Origin: Dipteris shenzhenensis
Lineage: Eukaryota
Assembly: GCA_047967505.1 (NCBI GenBank)
Contig: CM106538.1
Reading direction: 5' to 3' (one strand)
Length of the DNA: 64,000 bases
Shown: positions 37,309 through 49,360 of the stretch, one piece after another
Numbering within the stretch: the first letter of the stretch is position 1
Layout of the letters: every line of letters starts with the position of its first letter
Translations under genes and position numbers: made by a program
Notes under the pieces: generated by a model
The model's input: the letters and a program-made list of their open reading frames with translations, nothing else
The model's database searches: none
What the model was told of the DNA's origin: nothing

Positions 37309-38005
37309 CTTTGGAACATAGTTTCTAGAAATGCAAAATCTTCTTTATAAATCAACTACAAATCTTCTTTCACTATGCTACTTGCATTTAAGAAATTTTC
37401 ACTATGCTACCTACATTTGCTTTTGCATTTAAGAAATTGTCATTTGCACTTCAATTTTAATTAATATTCAAAATGAAATTATAAACGAAAATATAGCTTT
37501 GTAAGACTAACAACTTTGGAAAACAAATTCCAAGTGAAGAAACTTTGGAACATAGTTTCTAGAAATGAAAAATCTTCTTTATAAATCAACTACGAATCTT
37601 CTTTACAAATCTTATTTCACTATGCTACTTGCATTTAAGAAATTTTCACTATGCTACCTGCATTTTCTTTTGCATTTAAGAAATTGTCATTTGCACTTCA
37701 ATTTTAATTAATATTCAAAATGAAAATATACCTTTGTAAGACTAACAACTTTGGAAAACAAATTTCAAGTGAAAAAATGGAACATAGTTTCTAGAAATGC
37801 AAAATCTTCTTTATAGATCAACTACAAATCTTCTTTATAAATCTTCTTTCATTATGCTACCTGTATTTAAGAAAATTTCACTATGCTACCTGCATTTGAT
37901 TTTGCATTTAAGAAATTGTCATTTGCACTTCAATTTTAATAAATATTCAAAATGAATTTATAAATGAAAATATACCTTTGTAAGACTAACAACTTTGGAA
38001 AACAA
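37309..38005. repeat. AT-rich tandem repeat, 3 units of ~234 bp
   Basis: ggaacatagtttctagaaatg...gtaagactaacaactttggaaaacaaa units begin at ~37309, ~37543 and ~37777. Confidence 0.9.
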
Positions 38006-38210
38006 AAGTTAGACATACCTAGCAAGCAAAGCAAGACTCAGTGCTTGCTAGACTATATATAGATGAATCTGCCCAAACTCATGACATAAAAAACCAACTT
38101 CAAATTATTTGTATGACCTTCTAAAATCAAACAAAATAAAATACTATCAAATGTAAATTAGACATGTAGGAGATCATTCAAATAATATTCAAGGCATCTA
38201 GGAGATTATT

Positions 38211-38501
38211 CAAATAATATTCAAGGCACAAAATTGAGCAAGAGCTTTGGCACGTTTTTTATAGATGAAAAAATGATGACTCATTTTTGCAAGAAGTGGA
38301 TGAAGTAGAAATTTTCTCTCAATCTCCTCTCCTATCCATGCCAAGGTTTAGTTTGCCTATCCAAATATTGGCATGGAAATGAGAGGAGATTCAGAGGAAA
38401 TTTCTACTTGAACCACTTCTTGCAAAAACAAGTCATCATATTTTTCTCTATAAAAAATTTCACCAACCTCTGGCTCGATTTCCTTTCTTGAATATTGTTT
38501 G
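38211..38501. repeat. Long imperfect inverted repeat (hairpin)
   Basis: Arms 38211-38344 and 38368-38501 (e.g. tttttgcaagaagtgg / ccacttcttgcaaaaa; ccatgccaa / ttggcatgg); 23-nt loop. Confidence 0.9.
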
Positions 38502-38724
38502 TAGGACTTGGTTGAAACCTCTCTCTATGTGAAGAATCCAAGATGAATACTGATCCTCTCCTTTCACCTTGCTAGAGGTTTGTGAAATTTTTAATAGAAT
38601 AAAAGGGAACTAGCAAGAGAAGGAGTTGAAAGAATGAATGTCAGCAAGCATGGTGCGATTCACTATCATCATCACACCCATCGTCAATGTCTTCATCATC
38701 AAACACATGTGTAGGCTGATTATT

Positions 38725-39600
38725 TTACTCATCTTCATCCTCTTCATCGATGTCCTCTTCGGATGTGCTATTATCATTCTCCTCTCCGTCCTCCTCTTTC
38801 GATTGTAGGGGTTGCAATGACAGAACATTTCCAGCATGGTTAGGATCATGTTGAATGTCATAGGTCCATTTTGGGATCTGCTCCTCATATCCCACATCCC
38901 CTAATGCTTCGAGCATTTTGTGATTAGCATAAATATACACGAGCTTCTCAGCTCGATCCTCTAATAGTCTATTTTGCAAAACACTATGGATGTATAATGA
39001 CTCCAATTTCTTTCTAAGCTTGAGTTAGAGCATGTTTGTGATAGAACCATCATAGAGCAATTGGGTGTAGAATCTCACAAGTGGCACCGTTCATCATCCA
39101 CCATTTTCAAGCAGATGTATGTTCAGCCAATGGACATCCCTTGAAGCAAATAACCCCTCATTGCATCGATACTTGTCTAACTCATTACAACACTTTGCAA
39201 ATTCATGATTGTCGGGATAATAGCCTCGCACCACTTTATCAAAGTCATTCATGACCAAAGGGATCTCTTCAGGGTTCACATTCCACCACTCAGCATCTAA
39301 GAGATACCCAACGCTATGCAAGAGATTATGAGCTTGCTCCCATCGAGGCCTAAACAATTGCCACAATTCCCCATGTCTTGTAGTAGTAAATAGTCTTCTT
39401 TCATTCTGTTGCCCTGGACAAACATGGAGACTTGTTGTAATTAGATCTTAATCGATGCTCCAAAAATGCATCCAAGCTTTTCCCATTGTCGGAGCCTTCG
39501 AATCCAAAGCCCTAAGTGCATAGACAACATGTTTCATAACATTTGCAACACCTTCAAACTCTCTCCATAAAGTAGCTTTATGACAACCAACTATGGACAG
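38725..39600 (-). mobile_element. hAT transposase C-terminal half, decayed
   Basis: VVYALRALDSKAPTMG, RWEQAHNLLHSVGYLLD, and dimerization motif YIHSVLQNRLLEDRAEKLVYIYAN with acidic tail; frameshifts. Confidence 0.85.
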
Positions 39601-41099
39601 CTATGGCTCATGCCATACATGGCTATTGGTGAAGCCCTATATGCCAATAATAACTCATGCAAATGACTAATGCTAATTTCTATAATGCAAATGCTTATAT
39701 GGAAAATGCTCTTATGGTAATGCAAATAGTTGTTACGCTAAGCGCTTCTCAAATTTTTACCTCTTTGGTTCAATGGGTGGCAATTCGGTGCTATCGAGGG
39801 TTTACCATCGAGATTCCTTTTTGGCACAACACTGATAGTCCAAGGAACTACTTGTAGGAAATCTCAGAGCCCGCCTTACATGAATTTGAAGTTGGCTTTG
39901 ATAGTGTAGTTGTTTCCAGGGTTGCCATAGGCAGCGAGGCATATTTTGAGAGAGTAGATTGGGCATGCCCTCATTGGATGCCTATATTGTGATGGTGATC
40001 TATCGTGGGCAATGTATGCCTTACAACAATTGCTATGCTTAGATGGGCCTAATATTCAGCCCAACATCGCCTTCCTCATTTTGTCTTCTAGGCTACCCAT
40101 ACACTGCTCAAAGCTTGATGCGAAGCTAGCACTGCCAACGAAATAGCAAGGAAGATTTCACATGAATCCTATAGTTTTATTCGTTGTTCCCACAAATAAA
40201 ATCCAAAAAGAAATAAAATTGTAGTAATCGGGAGTTCGGCCTCCTGGGCATTGCTTCAGGCTCTGTAATGAAATCACTATGAAATGTTGCTCTGTAAACT
40301 ATGCTTGGAACAATGAAGCCCTGAAAAGTGATCACAAAGGTAGAGATGTTTTCCTGACACAAAATTTTGAGTACTTGTTGTTGACGATATGCTTCCTCCC
40401 TTTGACCCCGCCTGCTCTTGCTTTTGCTCACCCTTTTGTGGGCCTCCTCCCTTCGATGTCTACACAACCAAATGAAAGCATAACACAGAGTCATTGTGCC
40501 CATTCTTCCTACATAACCTTTAGTTAGATGGTCTAGGCAATAGCTGGAGGGGACTGATGGCAAGAGCCTGCCCTTTAAGGTCGCCTAGGTTTTATACCTC
40601 ACCTCAGCAATATCATATGACAAAAGATAGCATGTTCTATGCTTTGACCCATTAACTCTAATGTTACTAGCTTCGCTCCTTTGCTTCGAGGATTCATTGT
40701 TGTAGATGCATACTTCCACTTTCGACCGCTCGTTTAGGTTGATCGTGCACAAATGCTTTTCCTCTAGGGCCAATTCCACATTTTCCTCAAGAATCCTTGT
40801 AGCTTCCTTGTCAGCATGCTGCAAATAACAAAAGACAATTCCTCATAAAGCTTCGCAGCTTCCTCGTCAAAATGATAGACACTTGAAAACAAAAACTCGT
40901 CCCTTTAACAGATCGCTACCATTACTCCAAAATGTTAGTACAATCTCAGTCTCCAACTGCTGCCAAGCCCCACATACATCCTTTTTCACCTTCTGCAAAT
41001 CTACAGAGCATCATAGATGCGTGCGGGACTTATTTGAGTAGGAAATAGTTTTAAGGAATCAAAATGCCTGCAAAGGATGAAGTTACCACCTATCTATTC

Positions 41100-41433
41100 A
41101 TGTGGCAGATGGGGTTACTACCATGTGATCAACAATCTCTACACCAATTGGGGCTACTATGCGATGGGTGGGTGTGTTCATGCCACCATCTTAATTGAGA
41201 GCAACGTATTCATAGAAAGCAACAAGTCCAACTTTGACATGTCTCCACCAGTCATTCAGTCCCACAACGATCGACGCCTCAATTACACCATGTTCCACGA
41301 ATTCCTACACGTTGCAACCAAAGATTCATCGTCACCTAACAAAAGTCATGTGTGGTACCCCCAGCTATACAAATCCCTTCGTGCTCTAGCCAACCTCCTT
41401 CGCAACAACTGCACAGGAGCAATAATCGGGTAA
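41100..41433 (+). pseudogene. Pectate lyase C-terminal fragment
   Basis: RWGYYHVINNLYTNWGYYAMGG...ATILIESNVF matches the PL1 motif RxGxxHxxNNxYxxWxxYAIGG...IxSExNxF; no upstream exons recognised. Confidence 0.7.
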
Positions 41434-42471
41434 TAAGTTCAACGATGCCTTTATTTTGTTGGCCTTTGAGATTGTCTCTAACGGATTGATTGTCTAGAAA
41501 ACTCTAGGTGAATTGCCCTTCTTCAATAATGGCCCGTCTGAAGAGCTATCGGACTCCATGCCTATGAAAAACCGTCCTTTTTCTATTCCAATTGTCCATA
41601 TCTATGTAAAAAATGTGTTAAAAAATGATTTAAAGAAACCCTTTGTTGAAACCATGTGATAAACTTACATATTTATGAGTGGATCCCTTGAGATTTGACT
41701 ATCAATTTGAAGCATCTCTTCACTATATATCGGAGCTCATGTTCTATTGTACATGCATTGAAGTTACACTTCCTTAAGTAGCAAATATTTTGCATCATAT
41801 TAGCGAGAGTGCCTAGTCACTATAATAGTTTACTTGTTAAGTTTTCATGTGAAATCATTTGCACTTACCAATTCCCCCAATTACTTATGTTGATTCCTTT
41901 TATATGTATATGTTTAATGCCCTCCATCTCCCACGTGCTTTCTCCCTAGAGTGATTGCAAGACCTCTCATTGTTTTGATCCTCTCTAGCCCTTCTTGCTT
42001 ATGTGCTCTCCCTAAACACTGGGTCTTTCAATTCCTTCCATTACATGTGCTAAATTTCCCTTAAAATCCTTGTATTCACCTTACTTCTTGGAGAGAATTC
42101 AGTGTCAACTTCAATGCAATAGGGATAGCATGATGCATTGAGAGGACTCTTATTCAATGAGCATCATATTAGGGGTACAAAAGGGCAAGTGGGTGTATGC
42201 TACATACACAATGACGATCCAAATTCAAAATTTAGTCAACTTGCAAACGCACAACCTCTACGATACTTGATAAGTTTGAGTGCAACATGAAATTGGGTTG
42301 GTTTGTATACAATTTTGAAGTCTAATACTATCAAGTGCAGTACAGTTTGATGCTTCATATGAAGTATGAAAAAATACCATCAAGGAGTACATCATTGGCT
42401 ATCATACCAGGATGTTCTTTATAAATATTCTAAGATCTAATGAGATGTTAGCAAGAGTACAATTAAAGTGA

Positions 42472-42510
42472 CTCAGTGGGGACAATCCAATCTCTACAGG
42501 GACAAAAAAA
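42472..42510 (+). other. Candidate Transib/RAG-type left terminus (RSS-like)
   Basis: CTCAGTG + 23 nt + ACAAAAAAA, ~500 bp upstream of the RAG1-like ORF. Confidence 0.35.
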
Positions 42511-42984
42511 TATTCCATCACACAAAAATGGTCACGGGCCTGATATTCAGGATTATAATTGAATTTGGTTTTGATGCTGGCATTAGGAGCTGATTACAAC
42601 ACCAAAGGAGTGAGATAGTGATAGACAGAAGGTTGGCATAGGAGGCAATTGTACGGTATCGTCCTGTCCGTCACCCGCATGCTCACATTAGGAAAAAAGG
42701 GACCTCATTTTTGGGCCCTGTAAGAAATTTTCTATTTTCTCTTTTATTTCTCTTCTAAAATGTGGAGAAAGCAATAAAATATGGATATCTGTCAGTTTAG
42801 GACTACAGGTGTCTCAGTCCAAAAAGGAATAAAAAAGTCCTTTCAAATAATTGAGAAGACACTGCATTAAACACTCCATATTGATTCTCTCTCCATATAG
42901 ATTCCACATCTCCATATAGAACCCATCACGCTATCACTAATTTATTTTTTTTCAAATATTTGAATGGTTACCGCGAAAGATTAG

Positions 42985-44460
42985 ATGAGTTTTATAAAAA
43001 GCAGACAAGATGAAGAACCAGCCCTCACGAAATGGCTGCATGCAACCATACTGCTAAAGAAGAACCTCAAAAGAAGCGACCACCATTTGCACATTGATTT
43101 AGAAGAACAATATGCACCACTATAGAAAAGAGGAAAGGTTCCGCTTATAAATGCTGAGTGAAAGGAAATTATGAGAAGAGCAGGCTCCTAGCATATCGAC
43201 TTATGGTGCAACGGAGAAATTTACCGAAAATGTCCATTGAGAAATTCAAGCCCTCCATTTTCTAATCAAACAATGCTATTGAGTTTTGTGGGTGACGGGA
43301 ATAATGGAATGTATGGATACATTTTGACTCAACATTCAACTACGGAAATGTACAAGACATTGTATGTTCGAGAAAGAATGGAGAAGGCGCAAGAAATGTC
43401 GATAAATTCAGACTTGAAAGAGCAGCTGCAAAGAGAAATCGAAGAGCATTCAAAGACAAAGAATGAGCTACAAAGAGCAAGAATGAAGAGAGTAGTTCTT
43501 GGAGACAGACAACAAAGTAAGAGAATTCAAAACATTGCGGAGTTGAAAGCTGGCACTAGAGGATGTAAGCACAGAGTACAAAAAGCAAGGTAAGAGTACA
43601 TCTTGTTTAGCCATTGTAATTGTATATGTGTGTCTGTCTTGCAAGAAAATCTATGATATTGCAAGGTGTACTTGTAGGAGGAAAAAAAGTTGATCCTAAT
43701 TTAATTCCCATCAAACAAATGAAGGGCTTAGGCTCCACTGTTGTTGCAAAGAACATGATGGAGGAAAAAAAGTTTAAGAAGGTAAAACATGAAGTTCTTG
43801 AAGACTTTGTATCAGAAAGTAAAGCTGATGTCATGAAAATTCAAGAGGCTCTTGATGTGAGCAGAAAGGGATATGCTTCAATATTTAGAGTTGTGTCATT
43901 AACATTAAAAGATCAACGGATAAAACATGTGTTGTTACCAACACCAGCACAAGTGTGGAAAGAACGAGGTCATCTCAACCAAGAAATTGATAAGTTCATT
44001 GGACAATCGAAAGTGTATATGAACGTGAAAAGAGAAGCACTACATATAATGCTTGGAATAATATTTTTGTAGATCTTGAACAATTGTAGAGACTAATGGT
44101 TCAGTTCTACAGTATCACATTTGAAGAATGTAAAGGAGTTTTGAAGTTTGTTGTGAAGCTCGATGAGTGTGAAATTGTCAAGGAAAAAAATATAGAGAGA
44201 GTTTCTATCACTTTGATGAATCGAGCACTTGATCAATCAATCACAAAGTCTAGCTCAAAGTACTACAGTGTCCAGTTGGAAAAGCACGTATGGTGGTTGG
44301 GCTCATTTGAGATATGTAAACTATCGCCTTTCAAATTAGTCTTTGCTCGAAATGTTATAAATTTTATATCATATATCTTGCAAACCTGTGGTTTTAAATT
44401 ACAGGTGAAGACTGAGGACCATGCAGTACTTTATTGGGTATTTCATTAAACAGATATACT
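42985..44460 (+). mobile_element. Truncated, decayed Transib/RAG1-core-like transposase gene with introns
   Basis: VSRKGYASIFRVV...LLPTPAQVWKER; IFVDLEQL; KFVVKLDEC...IERVSITLMN...SVQLEKHVWWLGSFE|VKTEDHAVL once a 93-nt intron (44312-44404, donor decayed to AT) is removed; another donor AAG|GTAAGA at 43590. Confidence 0.55.
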
Positions 44461-44506
44461 CTGACAATAAAAAATGATATTTTGTTTTGAAACCTATGGG
44501 AGGATT

Positions 44507-46165
44507 TGTGGGGCCCGCAAGGTGACAAAAGCTAGCCAAGGAGACAAAGAACCAAGAAGCGTGACGGAGAAGTTGGTGGCAGGAGACGGCTCTTTGCAGC
44601 TACTCTCATGCGGCTTGTCAATCTTTTGATGTCGACTTCTTTATTTCATGTAATCATTAATGTGCGTTTGACACTAATTAGAATAATTAGTGAAAATGAT
44701 TGCAAATGTGATTATGAGTGGAGTGCATCATTGTAAGTACCACGGGTATGAATTATAAATACCTTGGTATAGGGATAGAATGGTTTGAGAGATATATTAT
44801 TTGCTTTGTAATTGGGAAAATAGAAATGAGTCATGTATTTTGAGTGGGCCAGATGACTGCATAGCCTCCATAATGTAGTAAAATAATATGGAGAGCACAT
44901 GCCAAGCACATGGAGGGCATGTGGAGGAGTGTGGAAGAGTGTAAAGTCAAGAGGAATCCTTCTAGAATTCCAAGGTGGTATATGGAGGATGTTGACATAT
45001 GGTAAAGAGAGGGTCCCTATGGGCTCCAAGGGGAAAGACTCTTGACTTTCTCAAATTTAAAGGGTCATGAGGATCTTGTGATGGGACACTTGTCAAAATG
45101 TGCCCAAAAGGACATTTGATGGTGACCCATGTCATTGTGTCACTAGGGGGTGAAGAAATTTACTGGCTGAAAATGTAACAAGGTGAAGGAGGGTGAGAAT
45201 TGCTCTATAAAAGAGACCTCTCTCCTCCCTCTCCAGCATCTGGTTCACTTGTATCTAGCTTTGCCTATTTTACCCTTCTCCTTAGAGCATTAGGCTCCCA
45301 CTTTGTATCCCTCTTCTTGCTTTTGATGTTTTGAATAAAGTTCATGCTTCCTTTTCCTCATCCTTCTTCCATCTCCTCTCTCCTCGCTCTAAAGCTTAGT
45401 GTACCTACATGAGTGAGTCATTTCTTGATCTGTGTTAAGGGTATTCTCTACTCCTCTGGGCGACCTCAATTTGCCATGTATCTGGGAAGCTACTTCTCTT
45501 TGCTGAAGGAGATCGTTGCCCTTTCCATAACTGCAGTCAGGTATGGACAATTTTGACAGTCCTCCATAAAATGGTCATAACTTCTTTCTCCAACCTCCGT
45601 TTTAAATGAAACTTATATCAAAATCTTTGTCTTTTCAAGATCTATCTATTGATGTATTCAGATATTTGTTTTAGTTAGTAGAATAAAAGTTATTGTTGTC
45701 TAAGTGGTCGGGTCTGTTGTTTGGAGCAGTTTTGAGAACCTTTCGTAAAACCATCATAACTTTCTATTCCAAGCTCCATTTTGAATGAAACTGATATCAG
45801 TATCTTTGTCTTTTCGAGATCTATGTTTCGTCCCAACCGTCCCATTTAGTCAAATCAGCCCTATCAATTCACGCCTTTCACATCAGCTCACATTGTGTTG
45901 AGTCAAAAGATGTTCTTCCGGCAATGGCTCGCCCTTAATTTTGGAGCTGACCGATTAGCTCAAATCAATGCTTCCCCTCAGTCTTTCTTATTTCCAATGC
46001 TAGAGTACAACCTCACCTTTGACATCTATATCTTTGTTTTGATCTGAGAAGATAGAGAGTGAGTGTCTCTTTAAGCTTCCTCTAATGCCCAAATCTCTTC
46101 TCTCTTCTTCAATTTGTGGGTTGAGACACGCGTGACCAAAACCAAAACCCCAGTTTTGTGTCACA
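44507..46165 (+). mobile_element. LTR (~1.66 kb) of a Ty3/Gypsy element
   Basis: TGTG...CACA ends; TATA at ~45206; internal duplicated CATAACTT block (~45565 and ~45745); followed by a T-run and PBS-like TGGAGACGCCGGG (46180-46192). Confidence 0.6.
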
Positions 46166-46284
46166 TCTTTTTTTTTAAATGGAGACGCCGGGTAGGTTTT
46201 GCTTAGGATTTTCCTATCATAACCTCACGATCTCATCTTGTTTACAAGCAAAGATTTTCTTCTTTGTGCTCATTTTCTATGCAA

Positions 46285-47930
46285 GATGTACAACATTCCA
46301 GTGTTCCGTGGATCAGAAGGAGAAGGCCCGAGGAGTTACCTTCGGGAATCCAATCGAGCATGTCGCTTGACTGGTTGGTCTATGAAGGAACGTACTGAGA
46401 TACTTTCAGATTTCTTGGAGGTGTGGCCTTAACTTGGTACGAGGCCTTGCCAAAAGATACCAAGGATGATTGGGAAAGCTTGGTCGAGGCAATGAAGGAG
46501 AGATTTGGGACATTGGAGTCACCAAATTCCTTGTTATTGCAGCTGGAGAAGATTTCCCAAAAGGAAGGAAAGTCAATTTCGAACTTTGCTATGAGGTATG
46601 AGGATTTATTCATCAAGTACCAACAAGCTACTTTGCATATGGTTGACTCTTCTCCATCTTCTATGGGAGATTCTAAAGGTTCATGGGCAATGGAACATCT
46701 CAAGATGAGCAAATTTGTTTATGGTTTGGATTCTACCTTGCATGGAAAGGTTCTAAGCAAAAATCCCAGTAATTTCAAAGAGGCTCTTCGCATTGCTTTG
46801 AAGAAGGAGGCGGCCCATGAAATTGAGTCCGCATTTCAGCCATCTACAAGTGTCATGACTCCGGCACATCGGGTAGAGGTAGCCTCAACATCCCAGGTAT
46901 CTGCTCCCTCACTGGATCATAATATTGCACAATTGATGGCAGAATTTGCTGATTTGAAGTTGCACTTAGTGAATGCCAAGCCACCTAGGGCTCCACGAAT
47001 TGAGGATAAGCGTAGGGATAAAAGCAATGTTACCTGTTATGAATGTCAAGAGAAGGGACACTATCGTCCCGAATGTCCAAAATTGAAAAAAAGAGAAGAC
47101 AAGAGTGTAGTACTCTTAGAAAGAACATGTTCAGAGGAGGAAGATGAGGAAGAAACTTTGATGCCATTGATGACAAGAAGTTGTAAAACTAGGAGTGACG
47201 AGGAAGAGGAGGAGGAGAAAGAACGGAAACACAAGAAGAAAAAATCATCCCGAAGAAAGATTGGACAATTTGATTTTCCTCTTGGACAAGGGACTCTTAG
47301 TTATGATCTATTGACAGACCTTAGAGAGAAGACTGCACAAATCACATTTGGGTAGCTTTTGGCACTCTCTCCAAAACTTAGGAAGGAATGGAGTAAATTG
47401 GCTAGCACTAGGGAGTCTAAGAAAAAGAAAAAAAAGGATAATGGGACACCTATGGCACAAAAGGTAGACATAGATGTGGGAGATGATGTACTTGTTGTTG
47501 ATGTCATCATAGATGGCTAGACTATTTCTAATGCATACATTGATGGGGCTGCATCGATAAATGTCATGAGTGAAAAGACAATGAAAGATGCTGATTTGAA
47601 GTTATCTTCTCTTAACTCTCCTTATCGCATTAAGTTGGCTGATAATACTAGAGTGAAAACTCTAGGAGTTGTGAAGAATTTGGTAGTGGATGTGTGTGGA
47701 ATTTCTGTACCTACAACATTTCAGGTTATTCCTACAAAACCAGATGCTAGGGCTTATCCATTGATCTTGGGAAGGCCTTGGCTCCGTCAACTGAAGGCAG
47801 TACAGAAGTGGGAGACAGGTGATCTTATTCTCCAAGGAGGGAATAGGAAGGTCCATTACAACATCAAGAGTCGCCACAAGAAGGTGGTAAAGGAGGAAAC
47901 TTTGACTTCTGAGAGCTTAGAGTCCGAGTC
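46285..47930 (+). mobile_element. gag: Ty3/Gypsy gag-protease, truncated before RT
   Basis: IPVFRG...ALTWYEAL...WESL...F capsid; zinc knuckle CYECQEKGHYRPEC; protease AYIDGAASINVM...LILGRPWL. Confidence 0.9.
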
Positions 47931-49360
47931 TGAGAGTGCTCTCAACGGAAGCAGAATGGAAGAGGGAGAGAGAGAAACAGAGAGCCACATAAGTTTTTGG
48001 TGGGTGCAGAACACCCTAATCTTCTTTTTCATTCATTTATATATGTGTTTAAGTATTGTACATAACCGGGGTAAAGGCACAATGACATTTAACCCCCATA
48101 ACCTCCCACTTAAAGGACAATGTGCCTTTAAGGGAGAACAACCAGTGAGCATACTATCCAATGCCCATCAATACACGACAATACTCAAATTGCTGACTAG
48201 GTAGACTCTTCGTCAGCATATCTGCAGTGTTATCATCTGTATGAACCTTGACAAGCTCTATGCGCTTGTCCTCAAGTACCTCCTTGATGAAATGGTACCT
48301 GACGTCAATGTATTTGGTCTTTTCATGAAAGACCGGATTCCGTGCTAGCTAAATAGCACTCATGGAATCACTATGTAATGTCGCTACACCTGTATGAATC
48401 CCCAAATCTCCCACTAGCTGATCAAGCCATATAGCCTCCTTGCAACCCTCTGTGGCTGCAACATACTCGGCCTCTATGGTAGACAAAGCAATGCACTTCT
48501 ATGCATGAGACATCCACGACAGTGCACCACTTGCAAAGGTGAACACATAACCAGAAGTGGATCTCCTACTATCCACATGCCCTGCATAGTTTGAATTCCT
48601 GTGTACCTAAGTACACACATGTCTCCTCTACCAAAGCAGATGCACATCTCCTTGGTACGCTTCATGTACCTCATGATGCACTTAACTGCCTCCCAATGCC
48701 TCTTTCCTGGATTAGCCATATACTGGCTAACAACTCCCACTGCAAATGCAATGTCTGGTCTAGTGGCTATCATAGCATACATAAGACTCCCAACTGCTGA
48801 TGCATAAGGAACCTTGGCCATCATGGCCCTCTCCTCATCTGATTTGGGACTATCTGTATGACTCAGTTTCACATATGGAGGCAATGGAGTACTCACTGCC
48901 TTCCCCCCCTCCATATTGAAATGCTGCAATAATTTTGTAACATACTCCTTCTGTGAAAGCCAAAGGAGTTTCCTACCCCGATCACACGTGATGTGCATAC
49001 CAAGAATATGACCTGCAAGTCTCGAATCCTTCATATCAAAGGCCTCATGCAACTTGGCCTTTAATGCATCTAGCTCATAAGTATTCTTGCTAGCCAATAG
49101 CATATCATCCACATATAGTGCCAGGAGTATCAGGCTATTATCCTTAGCCCTTTTAGTGTAGAGGCAGTTATCAATTTCACTCCTTCTAAAACCTTGGGAC
49201 CGAATGAAAGCATCAAACTTCTGATACCATTCTCTAGGTGCTTGCTTAAGTCCATAGAGACTCTTCTTCAACTTGCAAACTAAATGCTCTTTGCCCTTTT
49301 CTTCAAAGCCTTCCGGTTGCACCATGTAAATTTCCTCATGCAGATCCCCATGCAAGAAAG
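47930..49360 (-). mobile_element. pol: Ty1/Copia RT-RNase H with PPT and partial 3' LTR
   Basis: AFLHGDLHEEIYMVQPEGF, LKKSLYGLKQAPREWY, LYVDDML, KHIDVRYHFI, ADMLTKSL; PPT AAGTGGGAG at ~48103-48111. Confidence 0.92.

Noticed and set aside
37309-38005. Tandem repeats here and at 51420-51725 as CRISPR-like arrays
   Set aside because: No unique spacers, no cas genes, and the context is eukaryotic.
40585-40824. Weak resemblance to a PC4-like ssDNA-binding domain
   Set aside because: Too few conserved residues to support by eye.
36874-44460. Linking the RING-H2 remnant to the RAG1-like ORF (RAG1 has a RING)
   Set aside because: They are ~6 kb apart with a stop, a hAT remnant and the candidate terminus in between, and the RAG1 RING is C3HC4, not H2.
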